From Podarcis pityusensis (Eukaryota): a stretch of 64,000 nt of DNA. The number at the start of each line of letters is the position of its first letter. The stretch's first letter is position 1. The DNA lies in NCBI GenBank assembly GCA_964106645.2, contig OZ067043.1; one strand, written 5' to 3'. This document shows positions 21,719 to 34,600 of this stretch, in pieces. The notes under the pieces were generated by a model. That model did not search any database. It was not told the DNA's origin and saw nothing but the letters and a program-made list of their open reading frames with translations. Both the position numbers and the translations under genes were made by a program.

Positions 21719-24700
21719 ACTCTTACTGTGTTCTTATATGGAAAACACGGCAGCACGGGTGCTATTCTCCTGACCTCTGGTTTGTCATGCTGATGCTGCT
21801 TGGTGTGAAGAAGAGGGTGACTCTAAAGTTTGAGTGCAAGCAGTAGATGATGTACAACTGTGGCATTGTTTTCTACTTGGAGTACTCCACCAGTCCTCTG
21901 TGGAGGTACAGCAATTCAGGGGACCTATACCACTGTCTGTTCAGATTTTTGTCAAGATTGGATATGGATTGCAGCCAGCCAACTGAGAGTTGAGGGACTG
22001 AGAGTCCGTTTGCAAGACTGACCATTGCTAATTAATTGATTTATGAATGAATGAATGATCACTCTGGGAAACCTTTAATCTTAAGAGATGGCACTCCCCC
22101 CCTCCCGCCAGCACAGGAATTGATTAGAGTGGTACACCCCCCCCCGGCAGTACTTGAGCTTGGGGTTCAGAAGCGTATGTGCATCTCTACAGTAGATTAC
22201 AGATCTGTGTAATTAGAATCCAAAGTATGGCATTATTAATACTGATATGCTATAGTCTTCAGCCACAGAATGTGAATTATAAAATGTTAGCTTCTCTTTA
22301 TGTTTCAGAATTTTGTTTTCTTTGTAAGCAGTATTGCTTCTATGGTATCTCATTCCCTTTGCCCCTCTTACTTTGTCAATTATTTCCTCATTTCCTCTGC
22401 TTTCAACTGGGCTCTGAGAGCTTTACTCTTTTTAGTGTTAACTCCACAGAACCATTGACACCAGAGTATTTCTAATAAAACCCAGAAAGCTTTGGGGAAT
22501 CAGGTCATTCCTGATATGGAGAAAACTAAGGCAGGCGTGGTCCACATAAAATAAGCGCTCATGTAAAGAAGGTGGGGCCATATAAGTTAGCAAAAGCTAG
22601 GACACGCTAGCTATAAATAACTTGTTAATTGCTTCCTGTTTTGCAAAGCATCTGGTATGGACAATGATCAGAGGAAGATACTGATTTATTTTACCCTGGC
22701 TTGGGGTTTATAGTTCTTGGTGCACTGGGACCTTGTTCAGTTTTGTTTGTGCTTTGGCCTCTACTTTTTTATAATCAGTTGAGTATAGTGATATGAAAGG
22801 CCCTATAATTATATAAAAACACAGTGGCTTGAACAGAGATGTTCTTTGAGTCATTTTTAGACCTATGATTCTATGGCTAACCACTTATTTTGTCACTAGA
22901 TTGCAGGAAACCACTTCTAAGAATGTTCCTTTGAGCAAAGTCAAGATCTCTTGCACATGTTTAATTTCTTGTCAAAGGCATTTTGGACACCTTTGATAAT
23001 ACCTTCAAACCATGTAAAATGTTGATATGGGATAAAGACCCCACTTTGAGCAAAATGTGAATGATCTTAACTGAAATGGGATTTGGAATGGCACACATGG
23101 TTTCCCACTCATTTGTATCTGTACAGTCCTGTGGGCTGTGGGCTGATGTGAGTGATAATGATTTGCTTAGGGTCACCCAGTGAACTTCCTGATTGGGTGG
23201 GGCCAAGAACCTCAGTCTCTTATCTGTTTTAGTCTGCCACTCTATCCAGTGTACTACTCTGGCCCTCACCCCACCCTTCCTCCAACTCCACCATGTCTTG
23301 GATAAGTGTTCCCTTGAATTATTTTCTTCCCAATCAGCTTCATGCTCAGTGATTTGAGGAATATTCATCTCAGAACTCATTAGAAGCACCCATGGAAGCA
23401 CCCAGGTGGAGATGGAGGCTGCATTACCTTGAGGGATTTGTTTCAGGTCACTGCAGAACTGGTGATTATCTCTTCTTTTAAGGTGTGCTACATAACCTTG
23501 TTAATGATGCCAACCATTTGTGACAATGCATCCTTGTGTTGATCACAGGAGTAATTCTGGCTCTAAAGAAATGTGACATCTTCCCATGCTCAGTTTCATT
23601 TCTCCGATTTTAGCTCTACTGTACTGTTTCCAGCTTCTAATTCTCCTTGATTTCCACATGAAAATTTCAAATTATTGTGCTTCTTCCTCCTTAAGGGAAA
23701 GTTGCATGTCCTTGATGCTTTTATTTTAACTTAAAAGCAGAAATGGGGTGGTGGTGAACTGGCTCGGTATAAGACAAGTGTGATGTAATTTAACTAGTTG
23801 TCTGTGACAACACAAAGACAGCTGAAGATGGGATTGGTCATGGTTCATGTTCTTTGACTTCAGCCCTGCTAGCATCATTGTCTTCCTAACCACATAGCTA
23901 ATGGAGTTCTCTTTGGAGATTCCCTGTGGTGCATGGTGACATTCACACGGCAACTTTTGCTTCTTATCCTGTCGCATGGCTCTCACAGCCCGTGTTCAGA
24001 CTCTTCTGTTCCTAGAAGAGAGTGCCTCTTCTGTTGAAAGAAGTTGATCCTAGCACTGTCAGGAGATGGGATCTTTTGCTGGAGTAGTGCAGCTCATAAA
24101 ACAGCTCTTTTCCTTGGGGCAAGGGGGAGCTCTGAAAAGTTCAGTGTTGTCCACCAGAGAGTGAGTAGAGATGCATAATCGTTCAGCATCCATATACTTT
24201 AAGGGCTTCCGGTGCGCCTTTTATACACACAGCTAAAGAAAGAGTATTGTCATGTACTTGCAAGACATGCATGGATACAGGTGTTACCTTTGCTTAGGTT
24301 TAATTTTGAAGGAGCTCCTGGTGTCCCCCCAGCTGATTCAGACCACAGCATCTAAGAATTAAGGAATTTAGTACTCACCAGTAGGTACTTTCTTTTCCTG
24401 CACACACATGGACTTGCCTTATTAAAATGTATGGGCTCTGTACAAAATTCAGCTCCTGGACTGTCTAGGCCTTAGTTAATAGAGTTTAGTGGGCTTAAAT
24501 TCAATATGGCAGGAGACATGTTTGCAAGAGGAATAGGGAGGGGGCCAGGAGAAGCAAAATGCTTGGCAGTGGTGAGATTAAGCATACATCCTTTGCCCTC
24601 CACTTCTCACCTGCAAAGCTCAGGCCACATCTTTGGATTAAGTGCCCCACACCTGGTCTAGGGTTTTCGGTCACTTCACAAGCAGTTGATTAGCAGCAGA

Positions 24701-25334
24701 CCAATCCCCCTCTTCCTCGTCCCCAGCTGAGTGGATCAAGGTGAAGGATCCCACGGTTTATTACTAAAGAGCACACACAACAGTGTAATCAACTAAGCTC
24801 CTCAGACTGGCAGCAGTGACAGCCATTGTGGCATTTCCTGTTCATGTCATGTTTAGCTTCTGTTCCAATATCAGCTTTCATCAAACATAGGCAAGAATAG
24901 TAGTTTAACTACCACTTGATGATGTGGATGAACCAACATCACCTCTCCTTCTTTGCTTCAGAAGCCCAAGTCCCTGATGTTACCCAGAGGCCAATTAAGA
25001 AAGGCAAGGGTTGTTCATTGGGCAGTCATGAGTGAACAGAAGTGCATTATGGTTTTCTTGGGCACTGGAGAAGCCAGTAAGACTGTTGTTCCCTAAAGGG
25101 ATGAGAAGCTTTTAGTCTTGTAGGAGCATCAGTGTCTTGACTTTAGCAAACTATGGTCATTTCTCCTTATTTTCATATATATAGTAAAGAAAATCTTATG
25201 TGAATGGAGAATTGTGCATACATGTTCAAATTGTTGCTTTTCCTACTGAAACATGTAGAAGTGTCACCCCTGTTCTTTTATAGCTGCTGTTTCTTTGTGT
25301 TTCACTGAGAGAGACAGGGACTTAAAGGAATGTG

Positions 25335-25470
25335 AATGATTGGATATAGTGTGGTGTTGATAACACCAAGGTTGCAAGTTCGATCCCTGAAAGGAACAGT
25401 TGCATATTCCTGCATTTCAGAGGGTTAGACTAGATTATCCTCAGGATTCCTTCCAATTCCATGATTCTAT
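25335..25470 (+). mobile_element. SINE with tRNA-Ile-like head and CR1-type 3' tail
   Basis: gtgtggtgttgataacaccaaggttgcaagttcgatccc (tRNA-Ile-like anticodon and T arms), then attcctgcatttcagagggttagactagattatcctcaggattccttccaattccatgattctat. Confidence 0.7.
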
Positions 25471-27869
25471 CTTTTGCCTGGTATTTGTACAAAAATACAG
25501 TAGAGTCATGTGAGAACAAGCCCTTGAGAGGATCAAGAAAGACAAAAATAGTGAATTTCAGATCTTAATATTGCCTAAGTACTAATTGGTTTCAAAATGT
25601 GATGGTAAAACGTGGCAGAAGTGTTAGCAACTGATATGACTTTCACAAAGGGGGAGAATATCCAGCCCTCCCATGAAACAACACAAGGGAGTGTTGGATC
25701 GTATGCTAACTTTAGATCAGGCTATCTTGGGATATACTTTGGTTTTCACCCTTTCAAACTTTTCCAAGACAAATCAGGACAGTTGCCAACTTCAACTTGG
25801 GATTCAAGAGATGGAAGTTCTGCATCCTAAATCTGTGTTTGCAGCTTTGTAATGCTTCCCACATGATGGCTTTAGAAAACAGATACCTTCATCTTCGATC
25901 AGTGCTGCTGGGAAAAGCCAAGAAGCATTGAATCTTGTGCCAGAATGTGTACATTTTCAAGGAAGAAAAATAACCACAGTCTGATGTGATGTTTGAGAAA
26001 CAGTGATGGCTAGTTTCCATGCAAAGTCACTCATCCTAACCTATGCCATTTGCAAAGAGACAAGTAGTTGCATTAATTATGAATAAACATGGATATGCCT
26101 GCACTTGTAATGCAGCTATATCGAGGGCAGTTCACAACTGCTTTGTTAAAATTTTATAATCTGCTTTTTCACTAACACTCTCAAGACCTTTTACACAGTC
26201 CTGCTAGAACAAATTGGATTATAAAATAAAATAAAACTATAAAACAAGCCACCATACATATCAGAATTTGATGTAAGGAGCTAAGGGGTTTTCTAGTGCT
26301 GATATTGTTCTGATATAACAAAGGGGGCAGAGGGATCATGCCCTCTTTCGAAAATAGTGTGCTTTTAAATTGCCAAATATGTAGCAGTCAAAGGCACTTT
26401 TATGCCCCTTTCTTGGTATAGCATATTTGGCAGCTGCAGATTATCATAATGAATGCTACAGATATCATATTTTGTTCATAGATGGCCTATTGGCCACCTA
26501 AGAATAATCACGCCATTGATTCTTCCTTTCTCTTTTTCCTTCTCTCTCCTGGTTGCTGTGGCAGCCAGTAACCCAGTCCAGTCCTAGCTGTCATGTTTTT
26601 TTATGATGATGTGTTCATGTCCACATACCCAGTTTCCTAAGTAAACGTGGCAGTCAGAACTGGAATGCTGGAAGCCAGCTTAAGCAGTAGGAGCATCAAA
26701 CAGTTGACAGCCCCTCGGATGGCAGGTTGGGGAAAAGTTTGACTGATGCCGATGTGTATAAGGTTAGAGAATAGGACACCTTCTGGCCAGCCATGTTCTT
26801 AGTCTGTCTGTAGAAACTGGTTGAAAGACAGTGTTGGAAACAACACAGCAGACAGCAATATGGCAACTATCTAGTGCGACTTTATTCAAGTTCTAGGCTT
26901 GTCATTGCAAATTACATAGGAGGCTGAATTTTGAAACTTCCCCAAAGCTGGGCATGTGAAGAACAGCCAACAGCATTTTGCTAGCTCTTAACAGTGCAGT
27001 TCTAAGCCTGTTTGCTCAGATATAAGTCCCACTGAATTCAGAGAGGCTTATTCTCTAGTCCAGTGTTTCCTAATATAGCCCCCTGGGGTGGGGCAGGATA
27101 GTCCAAGGGGGCCACAGATGAAAATTGTGTAAATGGGGGCCACAGCATGAGGCTAGGAGACCACAGAGGGAAGTGAGAAATGAAAAATATAAATCTTTTT
27201 TTAAATAAAAAAAATCCTGATTGGCTGGCTATCCACTTGGCTAATTAGAAGTGGGTAAGGGGGTGGCCCACCGGGGTCTAGCACTCCTTTTTGCCATGAG
27301 TGTTTTCTTGGAGCAGTCCTGGCTTTGTTTCCAGTGGGAGAGGGTGATTGCTGAGCTCCTGTTTTGACCAGTAGAGCCCCTGATCCAGAACCCCCTGATC
27401 AGGTAAGTGTGGTGGTGGTGAGGCAATGGATAGGGCGGGGTGAGCCAGAGCTGTTTATTGCTGCCGCCAGTGCTGGGCCCACAGGGTGCAATCCGCCCCA
27501 GCGCCTAGTGGATCAGGGCCTTTGGATGTTGCCAAGGGGCACAGGGCCCTGACCGAGCAGGGTCGTCTGGTGCTGCTGACTTGCACCTAGTAAACAAGTG
27601 TCTACTCAGAAGCCGCATTGAGTTCAGTGGGCTTTACTCTAAGGTAAGGGTGTGTGGGGCTATTGTATTTTATCTAGGCAGCCAGCGCTCCTCTGGATAA
27701 CAATATCTTTTTGCACCTGGTCAGTGAGGTCCACTTGCTTTTCAAAATTCTCCCATTTATACAGAACTCCCTGTGCACCTTTTGGACTGTATCTGTAGGT
27801 TTCCCTCTCTGTGACAAATAACTTGGGTCAAATAAGTGTTGTTTACTTTTTACAATACATGGAAGATGG

Positions 27870-28028
27870 ATCTCCCTTGAGAGGTTCCGGACTCTCCTTC
27901 CTTGGAGGTTTCTAAGCAGTGGTTGGATGGCCATCTCTCATGGATGCTTTAGCTGAGTTTTCTACATTGTAGGGAGTTGCACTAGAAAGATGACCGTTGG
28001 GGTCCCTTCTAGCTCCATGATTCTATGT
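27870..28028 (+). mobile_element. CR1 LINE 3' end
   Basis: ggactctccttccttggaggtttctaagcagtggttggatggccatct...gatgaccgttggggtcccttctagctccatgattctatg, the classical CR1 terminus with ATTCTATG. Confidence 0.8.
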
Positions 28029-28179
28029 TTTTCTGCTTTAACAATATTTCATTATGTTCCTATCATTTTATGTAACTGCATTTTGTATAGATTATAAAAA
28101 ATATAAATAAAATATGTTCTATTTACAAACAAAACATCTGAATAGCCACCTTTCTACCAGAAGGATGGAGGCGGGCAGG

Positions 28180-28325
28180 CATGGGCCTAGCTAGGATTTT
28201 TGTTAGGGGGCAGGCTTTTGTTGGGGGGGGGCAGAACCTCAGATTTGTATTGATTTTTTACTTATTTTATTGATTTTACTTATTTGGGGGGCAGCTACCC
28301 CCTGCCCCCCTTGGATACGCCCATG
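28180..28325. mobile_element. hAT-type MITE (family of 17036-17195)
   Basis: TIRs CATGGGCCTAGCTAGG / CTTGGATACGCCCATG; internal GGGGGGCAGCTACCCCCTGCCCCC is the reverse of the motif in the 17036 copy. Confidence 0.75.
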
Positions 28326-31300
28326 GGGGGGCCACAGGAAGGAAACAAGGTTTGAAGGGGGCCATGGTCGGAAACACTGCTCTAAGTGTGTTTTAAGATT
28401 GCAACCTAAATGCCCTAGCATCTGGGCCATATCCTTAAAAGGGATTAGATCAGTTTCACAATCACTGGTTCATAAGAAAATGTAATTTGCCCTATGTACC
28501 ATCTTTTAAGAGCTAATCCCCTTGCCCCCAGTTCTGGAGCCTATATTGGATAATTTATAGAAGCTGAGAAAGGCTACCAAGAATTTCCATTGGTTTTTAT
28601 GACTTGGGACTTTTAAAACAACAAAACATTAGAATATCTCAGTAAAGCCAGAGCTAGTGGTGTAGTAGTTATCATACAATTTCAAAAAAAAGGTATAGAG
28701 AATCTTGTACAAAGCTCCAGGTAGAGCGTCCCTCTTCTGTAGTGAGAAAAACTTACACATCAGTGCTTTTTTCCTGGTTATTTGCAAAATCATGTGGAAT
28801 GCCCTTGTTAGAGAGGGATTATTATCTAAGTAGATAAAGTATAATTAGGAAACAATGGCCATGGGAGGCACAAAAGAACACCCGTCACGATTGTTGAACT
28901 CAGATAAATTATACTATACAATGCAAGGAATTAATTAAGGTGCAACCCCATTTTATTATATGCAATGGCAGTAATTTCTGACCTGTCCTATAAAGCTCCA
29001 AGTAACAACTGGCCCAGTGCATTGATTTCATGTCATGTCGCCTGGGCAGTATAAGGCTCTGATGGGGAGGTCAGCTTTACAGTATAGGTGGGAATGAGGA
29101 GAAGGGCATTCTAGAAACTGAGGTCAAATCATATTAGAGCCAATGCAGATCTACAAAACGTCTATTGATGTTATTAGGACTGCTGTAAACTTAGAATGAA
29201 TTTACATGAGATCAGAAGGGAGTAGGCACTGGTGAGCCTCCACTTGTGATTTCTGTCTTGAATGAAACTTAACTTTTTAATGTTATTTGTGTGTGCTTTC
29301 TCCTAAATGTGGGCACTTCACATGCTATATGATTACTGAATGTATGTGAATTTCTCCATCCCTTGATGGTGTTGGTTGTTACAACTCATGGCATGAGCTG
29401 GGAACATCATAACAGAGTTTTCCCACCCATGATCCTTTTGAGCAAATTTTCCTCCCAATTCCCATGACAGCTGTAATTTTCCTAGCTATTCTATCAGATA
29501 GTTTAAAGCTATGTGAATTTAACCATATAAATATTGGCAAACTGAGTGTGCTCTAACTTTATCTCTCAGAAAAGGCTTACTTATATTAACTAATGGCCCT
29601 AGGATAATAAACTTTTGTGGGTATGTGATCAGTGATTATATATAGCTGCAAACTAAATAGATCACGAAAGCATTTCAATCCCAACCTCAATTTGCCTGCA
29701 AAGGGTACAGGCAAATTGACCCCACCACTCCAAGGCAAATGAGGGTCTCCTGTGTCCTTCTACGAAGAACCCTGAAGGAAAAACATTTTTTTCCTGAGAG
29801 GCAACATGTTCCTCACAGAGCTATTTAGTATCTCACTTAGGCTGTGCCTGTGAGGTACTCTTCCAGCAGGAGAAAGAATGCAAAAGGGCTTGTCTGTGCC
29901 TTCTCCAAGACTCGGCAGGAGGACCCTCGCTGATTCATTCTCTTAGCAAATGAAAAACAGTGGGTGAAGCAGCAGGGATTCCAACCAAGCCCAGGGGTCC
30001 TGAGATGCTCAAATGATGGTGTTGCAGCTCATCCAGGTTTCCACGCTTACATGGCACATGAAATTCCCTGAGGCCTGCAAGGCCTATCCATGGGGAGTAA
30101 TTGCTTCTCTGCAGGAGTGAAGGGATGTGCTGCCTTCTGAGTGCTTTGGGAATCGTGACTTTCCCTACCCGCAGCTAAAGTGCCCTGGGGCTGTACAGTC
30201 ACTGGTCTGTCACAATGCATCAATACAACAGCCCGTTGAAAGCGCTGCTAGTGTATGCTGGGCCCTGCATTCGGGGTAGGGGCTCATGTGGTTGACTGTC
30301 TTTGGCAGAATGAAGACAGTGCGCTTGGAAAAGTTTGATTCTGAAACAACTCGTGTGGCCCAGTTAGAATGTTTGTGTGGCGCTCCATTCCCGAAAAGTT
30401 CTACAGCTATGAAGGGCAGCAAGGATTGCTGCTCTCAGTTCAAAGCACACAACTGAGAACAGAATTCACAACCTTGATGCCAGTCTCAAATGAATTCAAA
30501 TGAACAATTAAGTCCATCCAGAGTAGGAGATCCAATGTACATGCACGATTCAAGCAAGCAATTTCCTTTCTTTCGAAAGAAGTATTCTATATCTAATTAT
30601 GCAAGGCATTGGGTGTAGTGGTTTGCTGCTCAATTTTCTAAATTTTTCTAGCAGACTTTCTGATGCAATTCCAGCTGAAAATGACAAAATATTCACAATG
30701 GGTTTTCTATTTATTGACTGGCTCAGCTCCATGATCAGGAACTGGTCTCAAAAGCTGGTTTATGTTCTCAGATCTGCCCTGTTTGACCTTGGGCTGAGTC
30801 ACTTCCCTTCTTTGTATCTGTATCTCCTCTTCTATAATGTGCGAGGGATGATATACTTAGCTCTTTAGATTCCAGGATGGAAAAAGTAAGTCCACTCTTA
30901 GGTTAATTGATCAGTACACTGTCTTTTATAATGCCTCCATTGTGATGAAAGCATACTGTGATAAGGAGCATTGCTGCCCAGCCCCATATAACACAGATAC
31001 AAGCTAGCCATTCTCACTTCATAGGCTACTGCATCAAGTCTAGAAAATGATAAGAACGTAAGAATCCAGCTGGATCACACAAAGAACATCTAGTTCCTTT
31101 TCCCCAACCTGATGCCCTCCAGGAAGCCTAAAAAGGCGGCAAGGAAAGACCTTTACTATTGCTCCCAAGGAACTGCCTTTTGTTAGCACACTGACTCTGT
31201 TTAATTTAGCTGTACATGTTGCCCAATAGCTGTTTTCTCTTTTTAATTGCTTTATTTCAGTAAATTTCCTCATTTGGGCCCACTTGACTGCTTTGATCTG

Positions 31301-31369
31301 TGGAACTGGCTCTGTTACAGGTGCCACATACTGCACTGGTAAGAAGCCAGTCTATATATCCTATTTATT

Positions 31370-31610
31370 GACACCAGGCAGGTGCCCGTCGTGCCCTCTG
31401 TTCAGCACCTGCTTAAAACAGTTTTGTGTAGGCAAGCCTATCCAGACATTCAGAGATTGAGGCACATGTCTTTTTAGCCTATTGTTGATTAAAACTATCT
31501 TGTGAATGTTTTAATAGCCGTTTTTAACAGTCTTTTATTGATAATATTAATGTATTGTTATAATCAAGTGGTATATAAATTTTGTTAAATAAAAACAAAA
31601 AACAAAAATA
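31370..31610 (+). mobile_element. L2-like LINE 3' end
   Basis: gcacctgcttaaaacagttttgtgtaggcaagcctat, T-rich UTR, terminal aagtggtatataaattttgttaaataaa. Confidence 0.55.
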
Positions 31611-34600
31611 ATAGACACCCAATAAATCCATCTTCCCAATATTACCAAATTAAAAGAAATGTATATATGTATACAGGTGTAAGGTCATTTGTTAGGCATT
31701 CCTGAGACTGATTATCCTATATGAATTTGTCTAATTACCTTTTAAAGTAATCTAACCTAATGATCATTGCCAAATCTTTTGACAGCAAATTTTTAAAAAG
31801 TGTCGCATGAATTAGGTTTTTGTTTTTTCAGTCCTTAATATGACTTTTCATCAGGTGAACACAGATTCTGCTGAGTAATAAAGTAATCTCTGCTGAGATG
31901 CATGTGCAAAAGGAAATGTGACTATATCTGTCATTTTAATCAGCCTGCTGAAATGTGGCTGAGCCATTAGCTCCACTGTCACTGCAGGTTTGCTCCATCA
32001 AATGCCTTTTTATTATTATTTTGGAAACATTTCCAGAAATGAATTGCGAGAATAATTGTGTGGTCTAGAAAGCATCATTGATAGTAAAAGACTTTGAAAG
32101 AACAAATCTTTTATCAATTTATGCAAGCAATATAAATGTTTATTTGATTATGGTGTGTAGGTCCCAGCCTTTGCAGTCTGATCCTGCAATAATAGGGAGT
32201 GAGTAAAATGCAGATTATTTACTGAGGCCCAATTCACATGTGACATTTTCCACATGGGGATAATAACTTTGTAGGATACCTCATATATAATCATGTACAC
32301 TTTCTTGAGTGAAAATTGCACAAATACCTATTGGGTTTTCTGCAGACTGACATTTGTTCCATTTCAGCAGTAAACAGTGGGTTTTCCCAGGAAAAGCAGC
32401 AGGATAAAAGAAAAACCTCTAGGACCCATTCCTAGAATTAAGGTGGCAAATCATGGGACAAATGGAAGTGTGGATTAGCCCTAAATAGTGATGATAAGGA
32501 ACTAAGGTAGGGTGGCGCGGGGACAGAAAAATAGAGTTTCCTTCAAGTTTAGTTCTGAAGTTTTATAGTTCTTTGGGACTTTGGGACATTAGGCTTCAGC
32601 CAGGATATGAATTCTATTGATGAGATAGCTATTGATTTGTCAGTCCTGGAGTTGGGTGCTGTAGTATTCCTACAACTGGCCCCATTCTTCCTGCAAATAA
32701 ATCAACATTCTAACATTTATCACTGCAAATGGATCAAGAGAGTGTGTGATGAGGAAACCCAGTATGAAGGTTTTACACCTCTTGCATTTGAAGATTGGAT
32801 TTGTTTAGTTCCATATGCCTCATTCTCTGTTGCAGCTGATACTGGTTTTGCTGCAGAGAAAGGGAATACCCAAACTGTGTGTGGGGGGGGGGGGAATGAG
32901 GAGGAAATGTTGAAGGCAACAACTGACTCCTAGTGATTGTGTTACTGCAGTGCTTGATTGAAGCTTAGTCTTAAGGAGAAAGACAAATGCAGAATGTGTG
33001 CAAGTTTGTGTGTGTGTGCGTGCATGCACACAAACAAACAAACAAACAAACAAACACAAATACACAGCCCACTTGTATGTGAAAATACAATTTGCCAGGT
33101 AGACAAACCTCTATAGAAGAATGAATGAGAGACATTTGGGGTCTATAGTTTCTGTAGCACGATATACACACCCTCACCCCAAATGTAGTATTTTGGGCAT
33201 TATCATTTAGTGTGGTCAAAAAGATATATTTTATATATCATTTTGATTCAAACTAGAGAAAGCAGAATTCTCTTTTGGCTGGAGAGAAATTGATTAAATT
33301 AGCTGGCTGACTTTAACAGAACTTCCCATTCTTCCTAAGGCAAATGCTGCAGAGGGTGTCTACCAGAACGCCACCTGAAATTTCTCTTACACCCTGAAGC
33401 ATAAGGCTCAATTTATTCTCTTTCTAAATCTACATAAAAAAAGAAAAGGATAACCCTTGATGTAACTATGTCAATAAGCTGTATGAAATGTATAAAGAGC
33501 TTGGTTGATAAGGTGCAATTGTTTCTCAGAGGTCAGTACTTTTCCAACATCACCACCTGCTTCTAGAGCCTTCATCATAAATAATTCCTATTAGCCTAGC
33601 ATTTTTAAAACGTCAAGTGCATGCAGATTTGACTACATGTGTCAAAACACATTCCCTCAGTCCTTAGCACTCCTGGATTTGGCAGAGTCGTCAATGCAGT
33701 AACAAGGCTGTCATCACTTAATCACACTGCCCAAGCATTAGCATGGTTAACACAGCTTAAATATAAGGAATTTCCCAGATGTGAAATGTGAAATATCTTC
33801 TATCTTGATTGCTCTTTGTCCCCAGAGGAAATAAGTGCTATATAACCTACAAAGGCGTATTATACCCTACAGTTTCCTGCAATGAAATCTGCAACCACAG
33901 ACCTGTCTTTTAGGTTCTAAAGGTATCTTGCTTGCTGTGACAGTATTTCTTATACAGTGTTTTTCATAACTCAGGAAGATGAATCTCTATTAAGATTCAA
34001 GGCATGTTTCATTTCTTCACCTAAGGGTTTGCATTTAGAGTGCTGAAGAATAAGAAGATCCCGTCCTCAAAGAAGCCCATCCTTTATATTATAATCTAGG
34101 AGTGATTCCTCAGTGGGAAGAGGCAGTTCCCCCAAAGAAACACAAGGAAGTGAGCTGCTCTGAGGGCAGGTAATTCGGCTCAGGGTAGAGATGTGGCAGA
34201 ATTATCCACACTCGAAGCTACTTGGAAAAGAAAGAATGACAACCAGAGCAAATACAACCGTTGGCATCCTCTGGTATAGGGGGATTCATCAGAACACTAG
34301 TTGTTATATTTATCATGGTGCACTTGCAGTTCACTCACCTTACTATGGGGCCCTGGTCCACAATGTTGGAATTACTGTGCTGAGGTGACAATTCAGCACT
34401 CAGGCGATCTGCATAGAGTTGTCTATTCTGTATAGACACCCTTACTCCTGCCCTGTGCAAGCCATTTAAACCCTGATCCACAGCTCTCCATTTAAAATAG
34501 GAAAGAAAACAGGTCTATTATTCCATATGACTGGCATGAATTCTAGCATTGACAAAGAGAGAGAGAGAGGATGAACAACAACTCCCATCAGCCCCAGCAT

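Larger units (their letters stand above)
27061..28379. mobile_element. 1.3-kb non-autonomous hAT (Charlie-like) element carrying nested insertions
   Basis: Perfect 10-bp TIRs CAGTGTTTCC / GGAAACACTG; GGGGGCCA(C/T) subterminal repeats at both ends; flanks CTCTAGTC / CTCTAAGT resemble a decayed TSD. Confidence 0.65.
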
